Below are positions 26,925 to 33,765 of a DNA stretch of 33,765 bases, in pieces (position 1 is the first letter of the stretch; each line of letters opens with the position of its first letter). The notes below the pieces were generated by a model. The model had not been told where the DNA came from, did not search any database, and saw only the letters and a program-made list of their open reading frames with translations. Both the position numbers and the translations under genes were made by a program. The stretch is from NCBI GenBank assembly GCA_964353475.1, contig CAYGVZ010000001.1, positions 1 through 33,765 of the forward strand, written 5' to 3'. Source of the DNA: an uncultured Pirellulales bacterium (GTDB lineage Bacteria; Planctomycetota; Phycisphaerae; Sedimentisphaerales; Anaerobacaceae).

Positions 26925-28046
26925 TCATCCTGTTCGGCACTTCCGGCGGTAGTGAATAATCGCCCAGACAGCGATTGCCGGCAAAGGCATAAGCACAACC
27001 CACAGCGGGTTTACCTTTATCCCGAGGTTCCACAGAATTATATGATACTGAACAGCCAGCAGGAAAATGCCGGTCAGGACGGCAAGTGCGCCGTAGAACC
27101 TCCTGAACGCCTCGATGTTCGCCGCTACCGAGCCAATCCGCGGCACGACCAGCACCAACAGGACAAGCACTGCAAGAATCCCCGGCATCATAAACAGGCC
27201 AAGCGCTTTGGGCACATAGCCATTAACCCGTCCCTGAAAGTCCCAGTGGCAGGCCATCCTCTCCGGCATCTGCGGATAAAAGTATGCGCCTGTGCAAAAT
27301 CCAGCCAGCAGCAGGGCGACAGCGAGCCATTCAGTTCGCGTAAGGCGGAATTTGCCTCGCCTTTCATTTTGCTGTACAAGCTCGCCGTAATCCGCAGGCG
27401 GCCCCATTTCCGTGATAATCTGCTGGAAATTTTCCCAGGTGCGCTGCTGCGACCCGAGTTCGGCAAAACGTTTCTCCAAATGACCAGCCACATCTGCAAG
27501 GATTTCGAAACTACGCGGATGCCTGGCTTGCGACAAGACCTGCTCAATCCTTTTCAGGTAATCTGCCTTGACCTCGCTCCACATCACCGATGCATCATCA
27601 GGTGCAAGACCTCGTACAGCGGAATTGACTGCCTCGATAAGCTGGTGCGGCTCATCGGTTCCGATGTGCATCTTCTTGCCGGACTTGAGCACAATTGTAA
27701 CCGCTTTCATCCCCGAAACATTATACAACCAGCCGTCGCCTGTTGTGTGAATCCCCCAGCCGCAGACGACTCCCTTGAACGGCTCACAATATGCAATATC
27801 ACCAATGGCAATCTTCTTTCGGAAAATCCCCGCCCCAAAGCAGAATGTCAGAAAGGCGTCTTTTACCTCGACGGCCATCCTGTAACCGAATACAAAAATC
27901 ACCACGCCGATAAGAGCCAGCCAGTATGCAATAATCTCCGGCGGGCCTTTGGCAAGTATTTTCACGGCCACACCTGCGCCTGCAAGTATGACGCTTGTTA
28001 CTATCAGCACCCATCCCGGCTGGCTGTGCCTGTATTCTGTACTCAT
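26925..28046 (-). CDS. HAAS-domain membrane sensor (2-TM + PH-like module / HAAS / DUF1648-SdpI-like 4-TM module)
   Basis: 373-aa ORF whose ATG overlaps the padR stop (ATGA at 28043-28046). The middle VKADYLKRIEQVLSQARHPRSFEILADVAGHLEKRF...ITEMGPPADYGELV looks like HAAS/DUF1700. The C-terminal YPQMPERMACHWDFQGRVNGY plus hydrophobic helices look like DUF1648/SdpI. Confidence 0.65.
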   Translation of the reverse strand: MSTEYRHSQPGWVLIVTSVILAGAGVAVKILAKGPPEIIAYWLALIGVVIFVFGYRMAVEVKDAFLTFCFGAGIFRKKIAIGDIAYCEPFKGVVCGWGIHTTGDGWLYNVSGMKAVTIVLKSGKKMHIGTDEPHQLIEAVNSAVRGLAPDDASVMWSEVKADYLKRIEQVLSQARHPRSFEILADVAGHLEKRFAELGSQQRTWENFQQIITEMGPPADYGELVQQNERRGKFRLTRTEWLAVALLLAGFCTGAYFYPQMPERMACHWDFQGRVNGYVPKALGLFMMPGILAVLVLLVLVVPRIGSVAANIEAFRRFYGALAVLTGIFLLAVQYHIILWNLGIKVNPLWVVLMPLPAIAVWAIIHYRRKCRTG

Positions 28047-28411
28047 AAAGCAGTCCCTTTCCTGATTGATTCCAAACTGCCGATAAGCAAGTCCCAGTGC
28101 CTGTTCATATCTTCAAGGGCTTTCTGCCCCGGTTCCGTCAGGCGAAAATACTTTCGCGGCGGCCCATCGGTTGATAGCTCGGAGTAACTTGTCACCAGGC
28201 CGTCTGTTTCCAGCCGGGCAAGAATTGGATAGATATTGCCTTCCCGAATTTGCAAGCCCTCGATACGCTTCATTGTCTGCACCATTTCATAGCCGTGTGA
28301 TGGGCCTCGCCGCAGCAGGTTCAATACGACTATATCCAGCAAGCCCTTTCGCAGTTGCGTCTGCCAGTTTTCGAGGTTCATATCCTCACCCGGCCTTTGC
28401 CATCCAAACAC
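28043..28411 (-). CDS. PadR family transcriptional regulator
   Basis: 122-aa ORF. LRKGLLDIVVLNLLRRGPSHGYEMVQ...GNIYPILARLETDGLV is a textbook PadR winged helix. GTG start at 28411 with AAGGAG (complement 28421-28426) 9 nt upstream. Alternative ATG at 28381. Confidence 0.85.
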   Translation of the reverse strand: MFGWQRPGEDMNLENWQTQLRKGLLDIVVLNLLRRGPSHGYEMVQTMKRIEGLQIREGNIYPILARLETDGLVTSYSELSTDGPPRKYFRLTEPGQKALEDMNRHWDLLIGSLESIRKGTAL

Positions 28412-28434
28412 AAACCAAATCTCCTTTCCACTAT

Positions 28435-28462
28435 ACTATATTACGGTGTACTGCATTGTCAA
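28435..28462 (-). promoter_or_regulatory. candidate padR-HAAS operon promoter
   Basis: On the minus strand: TTGACA (complement 28457-28462), 16-nt spacer, TATAGT (complement 28435-28440). AAGGAG and the GTG start follow about 9 and 24 nt downstream. Confidence 0.45.
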
Positions 28463-28903
28463 GTGGGAAATTTTAGAATTTTGCAGAAGAATATCCATCT
28501 CCCGATCAGGACGAAACCGCCCACTGAAATCGCTCCAGCACTACTACGAAGCGGTCTGTGTTGCCGAAACGCATCGCGTTTGTTGCTGATTGCGAACGCA
28601 ATATGCAACTCCTTACTATTGCGAGTGTTAGATATTGAAAACCGGCTATTCAGTGTCGCAGATGTGGTCTTGAGGCAACAGCAACGCGTAACTGGTGTCT
28701 GCCGCATTTTCGGGACGATGCGCAGACGCCGCAGGAACGGCAGAACATACCGGCCTTGCGCTGGCTTTTTGCGGACTCAAAATAAATGTTCCCGCCACCA
28801 TACTCCATTGCGACACAGGCACGGCTGTTGCACAAATACGAGAGATAGTCGGAGGTGCTGAAGGGTACTGGCAGTCGAAGTCGTTGTTGTGGAGAATCCG
28901 GTG

Positions 28904-29164
28904 ATGGACGAGGCCAGTTTGGAAAACAAGCTCAACGAGCTGGTGGAGCAGTTCGGCGGGTCAAAGGACCCCGAGTGCGGGCGGCTGGCTATGATGGCCA
29001 GGCAGGCACAGGTAAACAGCAAGCAGTTGCAGCAGAGCGTCAGCAAGCTGCAGGAATCGCTCGATTACCTGCGAATATGCATCAAATACCTTCTGTTAGA
29101 CATTGAAGCGACCCGCAGGGAGAATGAATACCTGCGAAAGCTCCTGAAAGACCACGAGGAGTAA
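28904..29164 (+). CDS. small coiled-coil protein of unknown function
   Basis: 86-aa ORF from ATG 28904 (GGAGAA 7 nt upstream; the track starts at GTG 28889). Heptad-like LQESLDYLRICIKYLLLDIEATRRENEYLRKLL. Codon and amino-acid composition look protein-like. Confidence 0.45.
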   Translation: MDEASLENKLNELVEQFGGSKDPECGRLAMMARQAQVNSKQLQQSVSKLQESLDYLRICIKYLLLDIEATRRENEYLRKLLKDHEE

Positions 29165-29224
29165 CCCGCAAGCCGGCTGTCCCAGCGACTGCGCGGGGTG
29201 CACCTTTATTTTTGCGCGCCAGTG

Positions 29225-29253
29225 TTGACAGTTCCGTTTTTTCACCATACATT
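29225..29253 (+). promoter_or_regulatory. candidate sulfatase promoter
   Basis: TTGACA (29225-29230), 17-nt spacer, TACATT (29248-29253), 33 nt upstream of the ATG at 29286. Confidence 0.35.
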
Positions 29254-29285
29254 TGCATACAATCCGGCCTATCGATGAGCAATGT

Positions 29286-30803
29286 ATGCAAACCAGAAGG
29301 CAGTTTCTCAAACAGGCGCAACTGGCGGCGGTATCAGCGGGGACATCTTACATCCTATCGGGTTGCGCCCTGAGCGCGCAATCACGGCCGGCAACAAGGC
29401 GCAAACCCAATATTGTCTTTATTATGACCGATGACCACGCAGCGCACGCGATGAGCTGCTACGGCAGCAGGATAAATAAGACACCGAACCTGGACCGGCT
29501 GGCAAAGGAGGGAATGAAGTTTACAAACTGTTTCTGCACAAATTCCATTTGCGCGCCGAGCAGAGCGACAATCCTTACCGGCAAGTACAGCCATCTCAAC
29601 GGCGTTATAAATAACGCAGTGGCATTTGAAGGCCGCCAGCAGACGTTCCCAAAACTCCTGCAACAGGCCGGGTACGAAACTGCCTTAATCGGCAAATGGC
29701 ACTTGATTAGCGACCCGACCGGCTTCGATTACTGGAACATCCTGCCTGGCCAGGGCGAGTACCATAATCCCGAATTCATCGAGATGGGCCGGCGCGCCAA
29801 GTACGACGGTTATGTTACCGACATCATTACAGACAAGTGCATTGAGTGGCTGATGAATCGCGAGGGTGATAAGCCGTTCTGCCTGCTATACCACCACAAG
29901 GCGCCGCACAGACACTGGCAGCCCGATGAAAAACACACCGCGATGTATGAGGATGCGGACATTCCCGTTCCGCAAACTTTTGATGACGATTGGAGCAGCC
30001 GCAGCCCCGCTGCACACCAGCAGGAAATGACGATTGAGCATCACCTTGTTGATAGAGACCTCAAGGTCGAGCCGCCGGCGGGCTTGAGCGGACCGGCCCT
30101 CAAACGCTGGAAATATCAGCGGTATATCAAGGATTATCTGCGGTGCATTGCCTCGGTGGATGACAACGTGGGGCGATTCCTCGATTATCTCGACAAAGCA
30201 GGCCTGACAGATAACACCGTCGTAATTTACACGTCCGACCAGGGGTTTTTTCTGGGCGACCACGGCTGGTTCGACAAACGGTTTATGTACGAAGAGTCGC
30301 TGCGCATGCCGCTGCTTGTTCGCTACCCGCCGCTCATCAGGCCCGGTTCGATTAACACCGACATTGTTTTGAATATCGACTTTGCGCCGACTCTTGTGGA
30401 TTTAGCCGGTGCGCCTGCACCTGCTGATATGCAGGGTTACAGTATCCGGCCGCTGTTGAGAGGCCGAACACCGACCGACTGGCGAAGGTCGATGTACTAT
30501 CACTATTATGAATATCCCGGCTGGCACAGCGTCAAGCGACACTACGGGGTGCGCACCCAGCGTTACAAGCTGATGCACTTCTATTACGACATCGACGCCT
30601 GGGAGTTATACGACCTTCAGAGCGACCCCGATGAGCTTCAGAACGTTTATGACAAGCCCACCTACGCACAGGTTGTGAACAATCTCAAGGCGGAACTGCG
30701 GCGGCTGCAGCACCTGTACGGCGACTCGGATGAATCAGCGCAACACTTCGTGAAAGAAGGTCCCGCGGGGGATATGCCCGCTGACTGGCAGAAGAGAAGA
30801 TAA
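29286..30803 (+). CDS. Cys-type sulfatase (arylsulfatase/N-acetylglucosamine-6-sulfatase-like), Tat signal
   Basis: ATG at 29286 gives [19 protein letters not shown] (Tat). Motifs: [23 protein letters not shown] (formylglycine C-x-P-x-R), GKWHL and [13 protein letters not shown]. Confidence 0.9.
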   Translation: MQTRRQFLKQAQLAAVSAGTSYILSGCALSAQSRPATRRKPNIVFIMTDDHAAHAMSCYGSRINKTPNLDRLAKEGMKFTNCFCTNSICAPSRATILTGKYSHLNGVINNAVAFEGRQQTFPKLLQQAGYETALIGKWHLISDPTGFDYWNILPGQGEYHNPEFIEMGRRAKYDGYVTDIITDKCIEWLMNREGDKPFCLLYHHKAPHRHWQPDEKHTAMYEDADIPVPQTFDDDWSSRSPAAHQQEMTIEHHLVDRDLKVEPPAGLSGPALKRWKYQRYIKDYLRCIASVDDNVGRFLDYLDKAGLTDNTVVIYTSDQGFFLGDHGWFDKRFMYEESLRMPLLVRYPPLIRPGSINTDIVLNIDFAPTLVDLAGAPAPADMQGYSIRPLLRGRTPTDWRRSMYYHYYEYPGWHSVKRHYGVRTQRYKLMHFYYDIDAWELYDLQSDPDELQNVYDKPTYAQVVNNLKAELRRLQHLYGDSDESAQHFVKEGPAGDMPADWQKRR

Positions 30804-30865
30804 ATCCAAAGCATCCCCAACCCCGGTGAAACCGGCGCCCGAATACCCGCTCGTCAATTCGATTA

Positions 30866-32692
30866 TTAGCGAACAGGTCCCGCCGGCGGACGCTGCCGCA
30901 TTTGCTGTTGTTGCATCATTTGCTGCTGCATCATCTGGAACGCAGTCATAATCTCGGTCAGATGTTCCTTGGGTACGCCAATGTCAATCGCTAAGCTGCC
31001 GTTCTGGATTCTCCCCGCGAAGACAAGGTTGCTTTTGCTTGGGATATCTATCTGGGCCATAGATAGAGGCATCATAGCGCTCATCACCCTAAACACCCGT
31101 AGATAGTTGTAGCTAACAATCATATCGGCGTTGTTTGCGTCAGGAACAATCGCCAGGGCTTTTTGCATCTCCGAGCAAACCTGGGCGGGCGGGCCTGCCT
31201 TGACGCGGTCAATGAGATTGCGAAGCAAATTGGGGTCGTTTGCGACCGTACAGACCCACAAACCATTTACAATCGCCCAGCGGTACTCCAGCGATTCGCC
31301 GTACATCGTGCGGAACATATTGTATTCGGGCGAGTTGGGGTCGCCCCATTTCATACCAAAGGTTGCCGCATCTATCGGAATCCCGTTGTAACTGTCAACG
31401 CCGCGTTTGACAGTGAGGGTGGTCTCCATCCCCATTTTCTTGAGGAACTCGGCGATTACACTCCCTGTCCACGTCCGGTCGAACTCATCTGTGGCCTTGT
31501 TGAACTCGTTGATGTCTTTGACGGCGATGACATACTTATATCGAATCGGCGACCTGGCATTCGGCTTCACCAGGAATGAGTAGAAAGACGCACCTCCCAG
31601 TGAATCGATAAGGTCCCTGCAGAGTTTCCTTGTTTTTGCGACATCGGCCGCGTTGGGGTCTTTTTCAATTACCTGCGCCATCAAGGTAATAAACTTGTCG
31701 TTAATTTTCTTCATCGCCCTGTGGTTTGTCCACTGGATGCAGTTCATTACTGCGCCGTCCTCGGCATAGCCGGCCAGGTCGTTCTTTCGCTGTGTCGCGG
31801 CTTCAGCAACAAGAATGCCGGCTGTTTCAGTCCCCGGCAAGGCATTGAATGCGGTCCTCAAAACCAGAAGGTCGGGTTTGGGACTGGCGGCTATTGTGAT
31901 GGACTTGCCTTCGTCCAGCAGCACCTTTAGAAGACGCGAGTACGTGTCCATCATCACAACGGGATTCATCGACGGCGCCGGCTGGTTCGAATCGGCGCGT
32001 TTCTGCATCGTTGTCTTGAGTTGTTCAAGTTGCGCAAAAAGCATCGGGCCGTATGTCTTTGAGACCGTCTGGATGTTTCCATAAGCCCAGATACGCTCTG
32101 CAGCGGCCTGCTTCTTTTCCGGTACACTGAGCACGCTCGCTAAGACGCCTGCGCCGGGCGCCGATATACCCTTGGCCTTGGCAAGCGTCTTGGCGTAGTC
32201 ACGAGCAAGCAGCCCATAAGAGCCCACCCTGGTGATACAGCACAGCGGTTTGCCGTTGGCTGTGACCGTCGAAATACCATTAGCGTCGGGTTTGGCGACG
32301 TTTGTGTTTGCGTCGATAATCTGGTTGTAGTCGCTTATCGGAATCAGGCCGAAGATTTCAGGGGTCGGCTGGTTGGCCTCTGCGACCGCAAACACTGCAA
32401 AGCTGCCCGACATGTTCACGCCGGCAAGCTCGGGGCTGCCCAGCATCGCAGCAAGCTGTGTTCGCACCATCATTGACACGCCAAGGGGCATAGGCGAGAC
32501 CCCCGCAAGGAACTGGTCGAGCATATTTGCAGTGTAATCGAGGTTGTTCACCCGCACGCAGAACAGGACGTCGGCGGGTATGATGTTAAACAGCGTATCA
32601 CCCGCCGGCTCGGCGCCCCCAGCCATGGCGGCGGTGATGATTACACACAGGTTAACCGCGACCATAGTTCTCATCACTGTGGACTTGAACAT
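30866..32692 (-). CDS. large secreted protein of unknown function (possibly DUF3352-like)
   Basis: 608-aa ORF. GGGAGG lies 9 nt upstream of the ATG. Signal peptide MFKSTVMRTMVAVNLCVIITAAMAGGA. Gln/Met-rich tail MMQQQMMQQQQMRQRPP. The family guess is from recollection only. Confidence 0.6.
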   Translation of the reverse strand: MFKSTVMRTMVAVNLCVIITAAMAGGAEPAGDTLFNIIPADVLFCVRVNNLDYTANMLDQFLAGVSPMPLGVSMMVRTQLAAMLGSPELAGVNMSGSFAVFAVAEANQPTPEIFGLIPISDYNQIIDANTNVAKPDANGISTVTANGKPLCCITRVGSYGLLARDYAKTLAKAKGISAPGAGVLASVLSVPEKKQAAAERIWAYGNIQTVSKTYGPMLFAQLEQLKTTMQKRADSNQPAPSMNPVVMMDTYSRLLKVLLDEGKSITIAASPKPDLLVLRTAFNALPGTETAGILVAEAATQRKNDLAGYAEDGAVMNCIQWTNHRAMKKINDKFITLMAQVIEKDPNAADVAKTRKLCRDLIDSLGGASFYSFLVKPNARSPIRYKYVIAVKDINEFNKATDEFDRTWTGSVIAEFLKKMGMETTLTVKRGVDSYNGIPIDAATFGMKWGDPNSPEYNMFRTMYGESLEYRWAIVNGLWVCTVANDPNLLRNLIDRVKAGPPAQVCSEMQKALAIVPDANNADMIVSYNYLRVFRVMSAMMPLSMAQIDIPSKSNLVFAGRIQNGSLAIDIGVPKEHLTEIMTAFQMMQQQMMQQQQMRQRPPAGPVR

Positions 32693-32922
32693 TTGTCACT
32701 ACCTCCCTATAAATTGTCTTTAGTCGAGTCCCGCTTTGCTCCCGCAACAATGCAAATGGGAATACTGTTACTATAACCGCAGGCCCCAAAATGCTCAACA
32801 CAATTCCGCAGGAAACGCCCCTGCTGCGCAGAACTGCCGTCCCGGCGGAATGGGATTATTGACAGAAACGGAAGACGCCCCATAAGACAATCTGCGAGAA
32901 GCAGGAAAGAGAACTATGTCTG

Positions 32923-33171
<249 letters not shown>

Positions 33172-33391
33172 TCATTGGCCCGCGGGCGAATCGCCGCGGC
33201 CGGCCGAAAGGAATTCATAAGACATTGCTTGTTCGCCGGGCAGTGATACTGCCCCCGCCCCCTCAGAAGACGCCGGGGAAACTTCAAGCAGCGGTTCGGC
33301 CAAAATTACTGAATGAAGCTGAGAAAATAGAATTGGATACGGCCCCCCAGGGGGACGGCTTGCGCCGGTGAGGCCAGTTGTGTGAGAGGTA

Positions 33392-33537
33392 ATACCAATT
33401 GCAATTAAAAGATGCGATTGGTGTCATTGCGAGCGCAGCGAAGCAATCTGGTTTTTTAGATTGCCACGGCCTAAACGGCAGGCCTCGCAATGACGACCTG
33501 CTATCTCAAAAGCGCATATATTTAACACAATTGGTAT
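33392..33537. repeat. palindromic MITE-like element containing 27-nt repeat copy B
   Basis: Terminal inverted 10-mers ATACCAATTG (33392-33401) / CAATTGGTAT (33528-33537). Nested inner inverted repeats GTCATTGCGAG / CTCGCAATGAC and GCAATCT / AGATTGC. The 27-mer lies at 33423-33449. Confidence 0.6.
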
Positions 33538-33540
33538 AAG

Positions 33541-33568
33541 AGGTCTGTCGGTATAAACCGACAGACCT
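33541..33568. repeat. perfect 11-bp inverted repeat (hairpin)
   Basis: AGGTCTGTCGG (33541-33551), TATAAA loop, CCGACAGACCT (33558-33568). No T-run on either side. Confidence 0.8.
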
Positions 33569-33765
33569 TGATTGCGTTGGAGTAATGGGGCGCAAAATGG
33601 AATCGAACAGGGAACAATGAACCCGCCACACCAGTCAGAAGACGCTGGGTAAACTACGGCGGGCAAGCGTCGAACCCACCTGTGGCGGGGAGGCATTGAA
33701 CTCAGTATACAGGGCGGGGCCTGCCAAGGTATAAGCATCGTTCAAAGAAGGCGGTCGGTATTTCC

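Noticed and set aside
26612-26959. 115-aa ORF downstream of the orphan promoter
   Set aside because: It is a low-complexity Pro/Ser/Leu/Lys peptide with no SD, and it overlaps the 3' end of the convergent gene. I treat the region as non-coding (see finding). A small protein cannot be excluded without ribosome profiling.
26703-28187. 494-aa plus-strand ORF across the HAAS membrane gene and the padR 3' end
   Set aside because: It is antisense to two genes with clear family signatures. It crosses a gene boundary, has Arg/Pro/His/Cys-rich composition, and its first third lies in low-complexity intergenic sequence.
33599-33608. tRNA on the minus strand, suggested by GTTCGATTCC (complement of GGAATCGAAC), a T-loop-like string
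   Set aside because: The flanking bases cannot form a 5-bp T-stem (CCCTG vs CCATT). No acceptor or anticodon arms could be drawn.
33424-33738. 104-aa minus-strand ORF at the right edge
   Set aside because: It runs through the palindromic repeat element and the perfect hairpin. It has Cys/Pro/Arg-rich composition and no SD.

Overview
This is a 33.8-kb stretch of bacterial chromosome with about 27 protein-coding genes. I could not recognise any rRNA, tRNA, CRISPR array, transposase or integrase. The gene content suggests a PVC-superphylum organism (Planctomycetota/Phycisphaerae-like), but this is inference only. It rests on a Tat-signal Cys-type sulfatase, a Tat-signal GH32-like hydrolase, a serpin and many secreted or DUF-type proteins.

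Left half (1220-17977, all minus strand): a 13-gene Wzx/Wzy-type polysaccharide (O-antigen/EPS-like) locus. It encodes an SDR epimerase/dehydratase, WecB, a flippase, a polymerase, three glycosyltransferases, two polysaccharide deacetylases and a GNAT/FemAB-like transferase. It also contains a trio I believe recurs in such loci: bi-domain oxidoreductase + heparinase II/III-like protein + WbuB-like GT4. The centre of the locus (about 8.6-15.7 kb) is visibly more AT-rich than the flanks. A membrane-anchored WD40 protein runs off the left edge.

Right half: a URO-D-family protein, an EndoIII-like protein, a CPBP protease, a DUF2617-like protein, a coiled-coil membrane protein, a serpin, a GH32-like enzyme, a PadR + HAAS-domain membrane sensor pair, a small coiled-coil protein, a sulfatase, a large secreted protein, a CheB C-terminal remnant, and a repeat- and hairpin-rich non-coding tail.

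Most worth a second look:
- an orphan perfect sigma70-type promoter firing into a 589-bp C-rich gap between convergent genes (candidate ncRNA or antisense RNA);
- the PadR-HAAS sensor with an unusual PH-like + HAAS + DUF1648/SdpI-like architecture;
- the lyase-fold/oxidoreductase/GT4 trio;
- a probable non-canonical (CTG/ATT) start codon;
- a GH32-like protein lacking the canonical acid/base Glu;
- a palindromic repeat family.

I did not find a clear-cut defence or mobile system. All family calls are by-eye motif recognition and need HMM/BLAST confirmation.
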